DNA of 64,000 nucleotides from a virus (taxonomy: Duplodnaviria > Caudoviricetes). The DNA lies in IMG/VR virus record IMGVR_UViG_2882504083_000001, positions 10,772-74,771 of that record. The stretch is one strand, 5' to 3'. Below, piece after piece: positions 1 through 12,204 of this stretch (positions are counted from its first letter, which is position 1; each line of letters starts with the position of its first letter). The notes below the pieces were generated by a model, which had not been told where the DNA came from, did not search any database, and saw nothing but the letters and a program-made list of their open reading frames with translations. The translations under genes were made by a program, and so were the position numbers.

Positions 1-1
1 T

Positions 2-676
2 AAGGAAAATAATTTATATACGCAACCTGATGTAATTGGATATTATACTTACAATTACGGAACCACTGCAGAAAAGGTTGCTAGCGTATATGTCTTTGAC
101 CATTCTCCAAAGCCAAAGTTATTTGGACAAACTACAAGCCTTCTCTTTGAATATGTTATGAAATCTACTTTTGGAATCGGGCTTAGTCTAAATAGTTCAA
201 ATTTTCAAGCTTCTCACCTTAGCTATCCAAAGTTCGATTCGTTATTCGATTTAGGTCTTATTAAGAATGCAACGCCAGGATTTGCCGGCTTTTCCGTTGA
301 CCAGCTTATCGGTTACGAGATTTTGCTTCCATATCAGACTCACCATGACAACGAGTTTTTAAAAATAAGAACTGCGAATATAAACTTCTCATATCACTTC
401 TTAAAGGAATCCAATTTCGATCCGTACATTAGAATAGCTTTCGGCTATGGAAAAGAAGGCGTCACTGATTCGAAAATATATCAAAGTAGCCTTATAATCG
501 GAACACGTTATTTTATGAATAATAGACTTTACTTACTCTGCGAAGTTGTCGGTAATAACTATGATGCGTATAGGGTGACTAACGGGACTTTAAAAAATAT
601 ACTAAACGAAAAAAATAGGCATGTTTGGTCGTTACAAGAATATTCCGCAAAAGTCGGTTTAGGTATCAATTTCTAA
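2..676 (+). CDS. Outer-membrane beta-barrel protein, 5'-truncated by the window edge
   Basis: The frame of ORF 158..676 is open back to position 2. Alternating hydrophobic beta-strands and the C-terminal YSAKVGLGINF (terminal Phe) are typical of OMPs. Confidence 0.6.
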   Translation, partial: KENNLYTQPDVIGYYTYNYGTTAEKVASVYVFDHSPKPKLFGQTTSLLFEYVMKSTFGIGLSLNSSNFQASHLSYPKFDSLFDLGLIKNATPGFAGFSVDQLIGYEILLPYQTHHDNEFLKIRTANINFSYHFLKESNFDPYIRIAFGYGKEGVTDSKIYQSSLIIGTRYFMNNRLYLLCEVVGNNYDAYRVTNGTLKNILNEKNRHVWSLQEYSAKVGLGINF

Positions 677-1174
677 CAATTTGCAATTCAGCGTATAATA
701 TCATTTGGCTCTTATTTGATTGGCGAGCGGGTCGGGTTTGATGAATTCTCAAGGCGTTTGTGTAAGTTATATTTTACCAACGCAGTAGTGAGTACGTTAG
801 ATTTATTTACAGGAAAAGTATTGAAATACGAAACACCTGTGTACAACTACAACGAATAAGTATAACCCATGTCTCCGGTCTAGAGTGTTACCGATGTGCC
901 AGAACATACAAAAGGGTAGGGGAAAAAGGGCGACAGAATTACATATTATCGGAAGTAGGTGGGACCACAAAGTCCTTGATTGTTAAAGAAAAGTAAAATA
1001 CGCAATTGTATTTTTTCTTAATAAATAAATGAAATTACTCTTGAACCAATGGGACGCATTATTTTAAGTTAGTTAGAACTAATTGATATACGAATATATG
1101 GAATAAGTCATGTATTTATATAAAGTCGGAAATGAGAATTTAATCAAAATATCATAATGCTATTCTTTTAGAAA

Positions 1175-2260
1175 ATGAAAACAATATATCTAGATAACAA
1201 TGTTTATGATGCTGTGCTTAGAGAAGAAGTTAACGCTAAAAAATTATGGGCAGACCTGCTTAGCCTAAGTAATGGAGGCAATGCTCGCGTTTTGTATTCT
1301 TTAGCCAATATTTCGGAGGCTCCCAAGGATGGGAAAGTTATAGCTTTAATGCGAACCTTATGCAAAAATAACTATCTAAACGAGAAATATCAGATAGTTG
1401 AAAGAGATCCTCAAGAGCTTCATCGAACTTTGCATGAAAATTCACTTGAAAGTGATAAACTTATAATGACTGAAAGTTTGTCAATAGCAGCTCCGCCATT
1501 TGATCTGAGGCCTTACTTAAATACATTAGGATTTGGACCACAAAGACTTAACAATATTTCCGAAGAAGAAATTTTTCCTGTTTTAACGGATTTGTTTGAT
1601 AAATTACTTTCAAATGGAACCGCAAATGTAGCCGGAGGTCCTTATGCGAATTTTGACATGGATAAGTTCGTGAAAGAAAGGCAAGCGCAAAGTATAGATC
1701 TGATTGAAAAACAAGAGAAGTCAACTGTAGCCGAACTTATAAAAATCAAAGATGATTTAATATCATCAACTGAGCAATACTCAAAATTATTCGACCTTGA
1801 TATTGCATTATCAAGGGAAATTATAGCTCCTAAATTAGCTGAGATAGATTCACAATTAAACGTCTTTCGAATGCAGGTAGCCGATACAAAACGGAAACTC
1901 AAAGAACAAAAAAAATCCGATGGTGTTCAAATTAAAAATTTTAAAGATTTCTTGGAATTTCTATATTATGCAGTGGATCCCCCGATTACTACATTATTTG
2001 GTAAGATTCAGTTACATTTTAGTTTACTTGATTCTTTTGGCTATTATCCAGATACTAAAAAGAAGAAAAGGAAAGAACGGGATGGAGGATACTGGGTTGA
2101 GATATGGGATACAAATCATCTTTTATTTGCTTTGAACTGCGACTATTTTATTACTAAAGATTTCGGATTTTATTCGCGAGCAAATGCAATTATAAAATAC
2201 CACAACTTGAATTTAAGAATACTTTCTATTGAACAATGTGAAAAAGAATGGTTCGATTGA
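1175..2260 (+). CDS. PIN-like domain protein with a large helical insertion
   Basis: N-terminal IYLDNNVY, YSLANISE, and C-terminal DTNHLLFALNCDYFITKD match the acidic PIN active-site pattern. Confidence 0.55.
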   Translation: MKTIYLDNNVYDAVLREEVNAKKLWADLLSLSNGGNARVLYSLANISEAPKDGKVIALMRTLCKNNYLNEKYQIVERDPQELHRTLHENSLESDKLIMTESLSIAAPPFDLRPYLNTLGFGPQRLNNISEEEIFPVLTDLFDKLLSNGTANVAGGPYANFDMDKFVKERQAQSIDLIEKQEKSTVAELIKIKDDLISSTEQYSKLFDLDIALSREIIAPKLAEIDSQLNVFRMQVADTKRKLKEQKKSDGVQIKNFKDFLEFLYYAVDPPITTLFGKIQLHFSLLDSFGYYPDTKKKKRKERDGGYWVEIWDTNHLLFALNCDYFITKDFGFYSRANAIIKYHNLNLRILSIEQCEKEWFD

Positions 2261-2381
2261 TTTCATGTTACATCGTAAAGTTTCGTCTCCTCGCTTTGTT
2301 AGTGCAAAAACGCTTGTGAGCGTAAAGTCGAGAGGGCTCTTTCATTAAATGGCATGCTAAAAGATATTCTGGAATACTATT

Positions 2382-3167
2382 ATGATGCTCTATAAATACA
2401 GATCAATAAATGAATTTACTTTTAAACTGATATTGGACAACGAACTTTATTTCGCAAAGCCATCTGAATTTAATGATCCTTTTGATTCTAGGACAAAGAC
2501 CATTTACCACGGAACATTTAATGAATGGTATACTTTATTTCGTAGGAATGGAATGAATCATGATGAGTCAAAGCAAAAAGCTGAAGAATGGGAAGGGAAG
2601 GTAATTGATGATTCAATGTTGGGGGATAGGCAGGCCTCGGATGACGAAAACAGAATATTATGTCTTTCACAGGTTCGGGATAATATTCTAATGTGGGCTC
2701 ACTATGCAGATCAGCATAGAGGTATTTGTCTGGGATTTGAAGTTACTGAATTGAAAAAAAGTAGAGGATTGGAACTTGAAGAAGACGATTTCGAACTTCC
2801 AAATCCCAATTATCCGAAAGGTTATCTGTCAATACTCGATGTCAACTATAATAATGTAATGCCGCCGCCATTAAATTTACTCAAGGAATCTCCTTCTGAG
2901 ATATTTCGGTTCTTACTAAGGAAAAATGAAGACTGGAAATATGAATATGAATCACGTTTATTTTTGGTAAATGATTGGATAAAAAGAAATCCAGTTCGTT
3001 TTAAGAAAAAAATACTTAAAGAGATTATTTTTGGATTAAGAATGTCGGAGACTGATAAAAAAATAATCCGAGATATTATTACTAAAAATTACGTAGAGAA
3101 TGGCTTCGATGTTCGAATTTTTCAATGTCATGAAAGCGATGTTAATTATCAGCTTTCCATCAATTAA
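2382..3167 (+). CDS. DUF2971-like protein
   Basis: Motifs LYKYR, FNDPFD, CLS, MWAHYADQHRGICLGF and K..DWKYEYESR. Confidence 0.75.
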   Translation: MMLYKYRSINEFTFKLILDNELYFAKPSEFNDPFDSRTKTIYHGTFNEWYTLFRRNGMNHDESKQKAEEWEGKVIDDSMLGDRQASDDENRILCLSQVRDNILMWAHYADQHRGICLGFEVTELKKSRGLELEEDDFELPNPNYPKGYLSILDVNYNNVMPPPLNLLKESPSEIFRFLLRKNEDWKYEYESRLFLVNDWIKRNPVRFKKKILKEIIFGLRMSETDKKIIRDIITKNYVENGFDVRIFQCHESDVNYQLSIN

Positions 3168-4123
3168 TTTAGCACGTCGAAAAATTGCGCTTACGAGACT
3201 TTTTCTATGCCTCATTCAACTCTTTCGCACATAATTGATAGAGGATGTAACGTCGAAGGACTTCGTTAGTGCAAAAATTTGTAATTATGAAATATTCAGA
3301 AAAAGTTAATCAATTTCTAAGTGAATATATACCAGGTCCTAAAATATATTCTCAGACCTACTATCATTATACGAAACTTTCTACTCTTATTGAAATTCTA
3401 AAAAATCGGGAAGTATGGTTCACCGATATATCGTTTCAAAATGATACAACTGAGTTCAGCTACGGTTTAGAAAGAGCAAAGAAAGTATTTTCTATTGTAA
3501 AGACGAGTATGGATCTATCTGACTTTTCAAATAAGGTTGCTGATTCATTTGAGAAAGAGATCGATAACATGGGCAGAAATTTTCGTATTTTCACTTTTTC
3601 ATTAACGTTGAATCGAGATAACCTCGTTCATTGGTCTCGATATGCACGATCAAATCAAGGGGTATCTATTGGTTTTGATATTTACCAGCTCGGCCTTGCT
3701 GAAAGAGAAGGAGAGCTCCCGGCTTCATTCATACCGTATCAAGTAATCTATGATAATGACGCTCAAGCAAAAGCATTTGAAAAATTATTTAAATGCTATC
3801 TAGATCATGTTCAGACGACCCAGGGTCTGACTAATGTAGATGTTCGTCAAATCGGTAGCTTAACAATTGCAATGGCAACTCATTTATGTTCTTTTTTTAA
3901 AAATGAGCATTTCGTAGATGAGAATGAATTACGATTCATAAAATCTGTCGACGTCAGAGAACCTAAAAAGGTCCAATTCCGATTCCAAAATGAGACTATG
4001 ATACCCTATATCATTTGTGATCTGGCAAACGAAAAAGTAACACCAGCAAATCTGATTAAGGAATTGATACTTGCCCGCGGTGCGAAAATAAATAAAGTAG
4101 CAATGGAAATATTTTGTAACCGC

Positions 4124-5701
<1,578 letters not shown>

Positions 5702-5741
5702 TCGGATTCAGTCTTAATACTTTCTTTTCTTGAGTCAAACA

Positions 5742-6082
<341 letters not shown>

Positions 6083-6092
<10 letters not shown>

Positions 6093-6373
6093 CGTCCTAA
6101 ACTAAACTGAACGTTTACTTGGAGCGATGCCTTCCCCGACGTATCTATCTTTAGGGTCAAAAATTCGGCTTCTACCAATGACTGAGAATTTGTCGAGGAA
6201 GGAGGAATTTCTACAAAGTCGTTCTTCTCTGAATGCTTAGAACGTCTCTCCCAATGATATCGAAACGTCGTGTATTTGAGGTGTCTTTCTTTACAATACT
6301 GAGGCTGGGAAAGTCCACTCTTTGAAAAGTCATCAAACTCTTTGGGCCAATCTATTTTCGTTTTTTTCATCAA
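6083..6373 (-). CDS. tnpA: IS66 accessory protein TnpA
   Basis: SGLSQPQYCKE...TTFRYHW HTH-like motif; first ORF inside the IS66 end. Confidence 0.85.
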
Positions 6374-6625
6374 AGACAGTTTACAACATTTATACGATTA
6401 GAAAAAGGTGCGGTTGTTTAGGCGCTTACAATATTTTGCAAGCAGTACGACCTTGATCATAATATAATTCACGACTCCAAGGTTCCTTACAGAGCTGAAT
6501 ACGGCGGTTAACTCAGAATTTCACTCTTCACTTTGCATCCGGATTAATATAATTCTTAGAAAATTGTCCTGATCAAATGAGACATAATCCTGATGTGACA
6601 GAACATACATTCAAGGAAGTTAGGG

Positions 6626-6934
6626 CTACGCATGGACTTTCGGAACATGGTAGAGTTCTTTATTGCCTTTCTTGAATACTATTTCGGCCCCGAGTGCTTC
6701 GATTACACTTATTAAGCTATTGAAAGTAGGGTTGTCTCTTTTTCCTGACTTAATATCTTGAATTACGGTTGGGGATAGATTGGTCTTTTCCGCAAGCTCT
6801 CGCACGGATATATGCTCTTGTTCCATAAGTTCGCTTATCATTTCAGAAAGATAAAACTCGTTATACTTTTTTTCAAAGGATTTTCGCCTTTGAGGGTTTT
6901 GCATAATTCTATCGAAAGTGGATTTACTTTTCAT
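6626..6934 (-). CDS. XRE-family HTH antitoxin (HigA-like)
   Basis: HTH motif ISVRELAEKTNLSPTVIQDIKSG.RDNPTFNSLISVIEALG; overlaps the upstream toxin gene. Confidence 0.85.
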   Translation of the reverse strand: MKSKSTFDRIMQNPQRRKSFEKKYNEFYLSEMISELMEQEHISVRELAEKTNLSPTVIQDIKSGKRDNPTFNSLISVIEALGAEIVFKKGNKELYHVPKVHA

Positions 6935-7322
6935 AATATGCCCCTGCCTCTGTCCTTTCTAAATAATCTTTCCGAAATGCTACTGCTCTAGCTTTTTCGT
7001 TAGCTGGTAACTTGTCTTGCCTCTTTGGAAATCCATTCGTGATTATTATCTTTTTCCCCACGGTGAAAAAACAAAGAAACCTGTTTGGTTTAGGTTTAAA
7101 GGCGAAAATTTTATCACCTTCATTCCGGAACTTTTGTTCATTGAATATTTTTCCTGTATCAGCCATCTTTTTCACGAGTACAAGAAAGTCATCTTGCTCA
7201 TCTATTGAAAGACCTTCAAAGAATTCTAAAGAGACAGATTTAGAATTTTTATCAAAGAACCATTCGATTTGAAACACCGGACCTTGATAAACTAAATATT
7301 CAGGTTTTTTTACTTTTCGCAT
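6924..7322 (-). CDS. RelE/ParE-family (HigB/Gp49-like) toxin
   Basis: IFAFKPKPNRFLCFF..GKKIIITNGFPKRQDKLP..EKARA; toxin lies upstream of the antitoxin. Confidence 0.85.
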   Translation of the reverse strand: MRKVKKPEYLVYQGPVFQIEWFFDKNSKSVSLEFFEGLSIDEQDDFLVLVKKMADTGKIFNEQKFRNEGDKIFAFKPKPNRFLCFFTVGKKIIITNGFPKRQDKLPANEKARAVAFRKDYLERTEAGAYYEK

Positions 7323-7570
7323 TGTAACAATATAGTGGTACGGACGTGATTGTCAACAGGGAAATCTCGAGGCGGAGCAAAAGCACAACAAGTGTATGCT
7401 TACTATATGACTACCGATAATGTACATTATGTCACATAGAATTATGTCCTTTAATAAATGAGTAGAAAATGGCATTATCGGAAGTTGCCTGTTGCATCAC
7501 ATAATAATCTACTCCAAATCTTAGAAGAATCAATATAGTGCATTCTTTCGTTAGATGGTTGAGGTGCATT

Positions 7571-7717
7571 ATGAAACTGAATCTACAGGAGAGACACATG
7601 GTCACGAAGATCTTCAAGGAGAGAGACCGTTGGGCTTTCAAGAAAGAAAAAAGTCTGATTCTCGATGAATTCGTAGAAGTCACCGGGTATAATCGATCCT
7701 CTTACGAGTTCGCTTAA
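7571..7717 (+). pseudogene. N-terminal stub of an integrase-core/ISNCY-like transposase
   Basis: Translates to MKLNLQERHMVTKIFKERDRWAFKKEKSLILDEFVEVTGYNRS, showing the KKEK..ILDEF...TGY.R motif, and is then truncated. SD GAGGTG upstream. Confidence 0.55.
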
Positions 7718-7786
7718 GTCTTTCTTGAGCTGGGTCTCATCCACTTTGATTACTTTCAAGTGCGTTTTTTCTTCTTCTGCCTTCAT
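7695..7786 (-). pseudogene. N-terminal stub of an IS256-like transposase
   Basis: MKAEEEKTHLKVIKVDETQLKKDLSELVRGS resembles IS256 N-termini (..LGELVRGTVEETLN). Similarity ends at the GATCC junction. Confidence 0.5.
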
Positions 7787-8016
7787 TGGGGGTTCTCCTT
7801 TTTTTGAATTTGATCGTTACAAACTCAATCGGCAAGGAGAGCCTTCTCATTCTTTCTTAAATCTGAGAAATATTTAGGACGTTATCTAAATCTTCTACTC
7901 CATTTTTCAAAGCAATTCACAATTGCCGTGAGCCTAAAAAAACAGAATTAAAAACGGCGATCGAAATTTTAGATAGCACATTTAATTTCATAGATATGCA
8001 GAAGTTTAATTTAGCA

Positions 8017-8571
8017 TTATAAATATTTATTTTTTATATTAAGACTCGTGTAAGGAACAGTTGTACGAAAATTGTATTTGAATATTCGCCGGTAAGATTT
8101 CTTTACAAATGCCAATTTTCTATTTTCTATTTGTTTTAACCTAAATAATTCTGTTTTATCAATAAGCGTAAATTTAATTTCATTGGGTTGTTGGGTAAGT
8201 TTTTTTTCTATACTGGCAAAAGGGACTATAATTTGAACAAATGTAAATCTTTTTGTATTTGTTGATTTAGCATTGTGCGTACCTGAATTACTGACAATAT
8301 TGAATTTTAATTTTTTCATGCCTTCAACAAATACTTGGAAACTGTCACCGCTTAAAGTTTCACCAAGATTTAATTTTGAGTGAACGCAAATAATTGCTTT
8401 CTTCGGATTCAGTTCTTTTTTATTTTTTGCCCAACTATTCCTATCTGTTTTATATTTTAAACATTTCCCTTTTTTAGGAATTTCAACCACTGATGAGATA
8501 TTCCATTTTCTAGATGTAATATCTGCCGAATCGCATTCCATCGAAACGTACTGTGTAATGTATTCAGACAA
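8017..8571 (-). CDS. Hypothetical protein, third gene of an AT-rich cassette
   Basis: 184-aa ORF, co-oriented and closely spaced with the upstream gene. No motif recognised. Confidence 0.5.
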   Translation of the reverse strand: MSEYITQYVSMECDSADITSRKWNISSVVEIPKKGKCLKYKTDRNSWAKNKKELNPKKAIICVHSKLNLGETLSGDSFQVFVEGMKKLKFNIVSNSGTHNAKSTNTKRFTFVQIIVPFASIEKKLTQQPNEIKFTLIDKTELFRLKQIENRKLAFVKKSYRRIFKYNFRTTVPYTSLNIKNKYL

Positions 8572-8580
8572 AATTCTTAC

Positions 8581-9057
8581 CTATAAATTTTTAAGAAGTT
8601 CACCATAGTTTTCAGGTGTTATCGAAAACATTTCTTCTACTTGGTCAGTATCTAATTCCATTTCAATATCTTTAACAATCTTAGCTATAAGCCTTAAATC
8701 TCTTTCGGTTATTTTTGAGTCTAATGAAATTACATATTTGTTCCCATTATTGTTGATTTCGGATTCAAACTCTTCTTCGGAAATGGATTCACTTTCTAAA
8801 TCATTTAATAATTTTAAGAAATTATTCTTTTTTAACAAATTTCGAATTGCTAACGTTTTAAATTTATCTAAATCAGAAATATCTCCAAGCCTCTCGCGAA
8901 ATTTAGACAGCATAGCTTCAAATTCGCTATGTCTAAATTCGAATTTTATAATTCTGTTATACGTATTTAAGTTATCTATTGTTACCTTTTTAGCAGAAGA
9001 CATTGATTTCTCTTGTGTCGCTGGAAAGTTTAATAAATCTTCTATTTCGACGCCCAT
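8581..9057 (-). CDS. Hypothetical acidic protein
   Basis: 158-aa ORF overlapping the upstream gene. Confidence 0.6.
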   Translation of the reverse strand: MGVEIEDLLNFPATQEKSMSSAKKVTIDNLNTYNRIIKFEFRHSEFEAMLSKFRERLGDISDLDKFKTLAIRNLLKKNNFLKLLNDLESESISEEEFESEINNNGNKYVISLDSKITERDLRLIAKIVKDIEMELDTDQVEEMFSITPENYGELLKNL

Positions 9058-9608
9058 CTGTTTACCTCCTCTATGTTTTTATTTATTGTCTCTTTAACAG
9101 AAACTTTAATAAATGTTTCTCTATTAAAGCGGTTTAAAAATTGTACTTGAAGTTTATTGTTAACCAATGAAACGAGCATCTCTTTGTTTAAAATTCCAGG
9201 TTCGGTTTTTATAAATTTAAAAGCCGAAAGTTGATAGCCCGCAACATTCATTTTATTTAATATTTCGATTGCATTTTTCTCTGATTTTTCCGAATCAATA
9301 GAAAAAGTCAATTCGATGACTGCCGAAGAAACAGGGGTATGCTGTAGATTTCCTAAAATTTTATCGGCAATAATTTTAGCATTAACTAATGTATCTTTTT
9401 TAATGTCGTTACATACAATCTTAATTGTTGAAGCGGACGGATAAATAGAAATATTATTAAGGGAATAACCAAATTCAATATCTTTTACGCTAAACAATAC
9501 ATCAAATGAATCTTGCGACTCAAACAAAAATTGTTGGACCCAGGGAGGAGTGAAAATCTTTGGATTCCAAGCACCGTTTAATATTAATTGTAATTTTATA
9601 GGCTCCAC
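9042..9608 (-). CDS. Hypothetical protein, possibly TIGR04255-like
   Basis: N-terminal ILNGAWNPKIFTPPW, and TPVSSAVI resembling that family's pattern. Confidence 0.45.
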   Translation of the reverse strand: MEPIKLQLILNGAWNPKIFTPPWVQQFLFESQDSFDVLFSVKDIEFGYSLNNISIYPSASTIKIVCNDIKKDTLVNAKIIADKILGNLQHTPVSSAVIELTFSIDSEKSEKNAIEILNKMNVAGYQLSAFKFIKTEPGILNKEMLVSLVNNKLQVQFLNRFNRETFIKVSVKETINKNIEEVNRWASK

Positions 9609-9769
9609 AATTACAAGTTTCCTAAGATATAATAATCAGCTACTTTTATTATCGAATTGGCCGGTTCAAATTTTTGCGTTTTTTAAAATTACTTATAAAA
9701 TTTGCAATGAAAATTTCAAAATTGACAAAATTGTCTATTATAAAAATAAGTATTAAAGTATCTTTTTTG

Positions 9770-11458
9770 CTATTTTGACCGAATCAATAGCCCATTTGGA
9801 TTCGAAAACATCGCCGCCATTTTCATAAAACTCCCCGAAATCGTTTGAAGATCGCTTACAATCGCGGAAATCCCTGTCGATACTACGGGAAGAAGAGCCT
9901 TCTCTATCCCACCTACCACCTGAATAAGTGCCTTCATAGCCCCCTGATTTTCCTTGAAAAGATCGAGCATCGCTTTGTTTAACTCGTATCCGACCTGAGC
10001 CGCGTCCGCGCCAACATCAGACGCAAACGTCTCTTTTTTCAGGTTATCCAGCTCAAGACCTTTGTTGTAACCGGCTTTGATTGCAGAATTATCCGAACCG
10101 AAATCCTTGTAGCCGAATTTTAGATCCGACATTTCCGTAAAACTTCCACCGGACATTTTTTGAATGATCCCGCGTGTGTTTCCATCGAGACCGGATAACG
10201 CGGAAGTCATAAATTTTCCGGGATTTTTTTCCGAATCGCGGATCGCTTTGAAAACATCCCCGCTGTTTGCTTTCAAAGATTCCGCCATAGAAAGAGAACC
10301 AAAAACGCCGCCACCAAAGGCTCCACTTCTTCCTTGATCGGTAAGCTGTTCTGCGAGAGCCATTTTCCGGGTCGGGTCCATTTTGGATCCGTCTCCGCGA
10401 ACGATACCGGCGGAGAATTTGGCGTAGTCTGAAATATCTCCGGAGTAGCCTTTCGATCGAAGATTTTCAGAGATACTTGCAAGTTTTGAAATATACTCTG
10501 ATTGGCGTAGCTCTCCAAATCCGGAGGCGTTAGCCCCACCTCTCAAATATCCTAAACTAGCATTCTTTGATTCTTTTCGAATCGTCTCGAGCTCGCGGAC
10601 AACCTCTGAAAGACTTTTTCCTTGAGAGGATGCAAACTGAATTGTTTCGGAATCGATTTGATTTCCTTTTCCATAAACGGAATCGCCGGTCACTCGACCG
10701 CGCATAACGTTCGCTTGTGCGAGTTCCGCGTTTGAGAAATAACCGCCTCCCCCGCCGAGATAACCGCCGGTCGCTCCGATCGTCGTGGCTTGCGACTGCA
10801 TAGCGGCGTGATACTGTTCGCCAATCGCTGAAATTGTTTTTAAAACTCCTCCCGCGATCGCAAATGCAGCACCGACAAAAGGAAGTGATCCGGCCGCAGA
10901 GGATAATGTCTGACCCTTAACTGATCCTCCGTCCGATCCACCCCCTCCCCCACCGGCTCCGGGAAGATTTCCTAAACCACCCTTGTCAAAATTCGCGGAT
11001 TGAATTTTTAACTCAGCTTTCTGGATAGAGAATTGTTTTGCGCCGTTAGGATTCGAAAGTCCTTGAGATGGACTTTCACCCGTACCATCTTCTTCACCGG
11101 AAGAATTCTTTTTTTTCTTCTTTGAAAGAAGATCCTTCGCGGCTGAGATTTTTTTGTCTAAGGTATAGTAGAATCCACCGTGACCGGTTTCGTCAAGATC
11201 TGAACCGTCTGCTCCAATCTTGTTCGCGGTTACACTTCCGTTTCCGTATTTGGAAGCAGATTCTTTGAATCGTTTTTTGTAATTCTTAGGATACCAGGAT
11301 TCATCTTTTCCGCTGTTTCCTCCTCCCCCACCTCCGGGAGATTTCGGAAACCTAACACCTCTCTTTGCTTTTCGCGCAACCCTTTCGAGTTCCTTTTCAA
11401 CATCTTTGAAATCGGGTGTTGCGTGAACCGAAATGTCAATATGTTCGCCACTAGACAT
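9770..11458 (-). CDS. Tail tape measure protein
   Basis: Gly/Ala/Ser-rich helical 562-aa protein directly downstream of the tube and chaperone genes. Confidence 0.7.
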   Translation of the reverse strand: MSSGEHIDISVHATPDFKDVEKELERVARKAKRGVRFPKSPGGGGGGNSGKDESWYPKNYKKRFKESASKYGNGSVTANKIGADGSDLDETGHGGFYYTLDKKISAAKDLLSKKKKKNSSGEEDGTGESPSQGLSNPNGAKQFSIQKAELKIQSANFDKGGLGNLPGAGGGGGGSDGGSVKGQTLSSAAGSLPFVGAAFAIAGGVLKTISAIGEQYHAAMQSQATTIGATGGYLGGGGGYFSNAELAQANVMRGRVTGDSVYGKGNQIDSETIQFASSQGKSLSEVVRELETIRKESKNASLGYLRGGANASGFGELRQSEYISKLASISENLRSKGYSGDISDYAKFSAGIVRGDGSKMDPTRKMALAEQLTDQGRSGAFGGGVFGSLSMAESLKANSGDVFKAIRDSEKNPGKFMTSALSGLDGNTRGIIQKMSGGSFTEMSDLKFGYKDFGSDNSAIKAGYNKGLELDNLKKETFASDVGADAAQVGYELNKAMLDLFKENQGAMKALIQVVGGIEKALLPVVSTGISAIVSDLQTISGSFMKMAAMFSNPNGLLIRSK

Positions 11459-11762
11459 TTTTTAGCTCGGAATCGATTCGATTTAGAATTTCTTTTTTCT
11501 TAATTTCCGCTTCCCGCGTAAGCATCTCTTTTGAATACCCGGCTTCCGTTTCCAGGATAGTTTTGATTGTCGGCGACAAATCCGTTAGGAATTGCTCTGG
11601 TTCGGTTTTCTTCACCTGACGTCTTTGGGAAAGAAGATTGATCCGTTTGAGTATTTTCTGAGTGTCCACTCTCGAAATCGCTTCGATCAGGAATCGTTTC
11701 TGTTCCGGGAAGAGATTTCCGAGGTGATTCACTCTCCTGGGGAAGATTTGAAACTTCGTCAT
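11451..11762 (-). CDS. Tail assembly chaperone, GT-type C-terminal part
   Basis: Frame is open upstream to 11822 (KKIGTLDAISNEENLYDLLLMTKFQIFP...EQKRFL). Lies between the chaperone and the tape measure gene. Confidence 0.6.
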   Translation of the reverse strand: MTKFQIFPRRVNHLGNLFPEQKRFLIEAISRVDTQKILKRINLLSQRRQVKKTEPEQFLTDLSPTIKTILETEAGYSKEMLTREAEIKKKEILNRIDSELKNV

Positions 11763-12159
11763 TAGAAGAAGGTCGTAAAGATTCTCCTCGTTTGAAATTG
11801 CGTCGAGCGTCCCGATTTTTTTTTAACTCTGATCTAAACCAGCTCTCTTTCTTTTCGTATTCTTTGAAAAGATGAATCACAAACTCTTTGTCCCGTATCT
11901 TCTCGAAGTTATCTAATTCCTCGATCGGGAAGTTCTCCGGGATTTCTTTGATAACGTGATTTAGGGTTGTCGTTGCCCGGATATATCCGTAAGTATAGTT
12001 TCGAATCGATTCGAGGTATGCTCCGTTTAGACGTTTTGCGATCGCAATGTCTATGTCTATCTCTAAGGAAGGATCAGCAATTTCCGCTTCAAACTGATAC
12101 GATTCTCCTTCGTATTTAGCGGACAAAGTTACTCGTGTATTCGGATCTAAAATTCTCAT
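11500..12159 (-). CDS. Tail assembly chaperone (gpG-like); only about the first 115 aa look genuine
   Basis: Follows the tail tube gene. An A9 run at 11816-11824 precedes a non-protein-like tail that overlaps the next ORF. Confidence 0.6.
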   Translation of the reverse strand: MRILDPNTRVTLSAKYEGESYQFEAEIADPSLEIDIDIAIAKRLNGAYLESIRNYTYGYIRATTTLNHVIKEIPENFPIEELDNFEKIRDKEFVIHLFKEYEKKESWFRSELKKNRDARRNFKRGESLRPSSNDEVSNLPQESESPRKSLPGTETIPDRSDFESGHSENTQTDQSSFPKTSGEENRTRAIPNGFVADNQNYPGNGSRVFKRDAYAGSGN

Positions 12160-12186
12160 AAGAAAAGATTAATCCGAACACACGAG

Positions 12187-12194
12187 AATCGGAG
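12187..12194 (-). promoter_or_regulatory. Candidate late-gene motif CTCCGATT
   Basis: 27-nt spacer to the ATG at 12159; same motif and spacing at other structural genes. Confidence 0.55.
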
Positions 12195-12204
12195 AAAAGA
12201 AAGG

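Noticed and set aside
10700-11340. Poly-Gly/GGN runs in the tape measure gene as possible repeat arrays
   Set aside because: Coding low-complexity linkers, not spaced repeats.
11500-11810. C-terminal about 100 aa of the 219-aa chaperone ORF as a real domain
   Set aside because: It overlaps a more protein-like frame and begins exactly at the A9 run.
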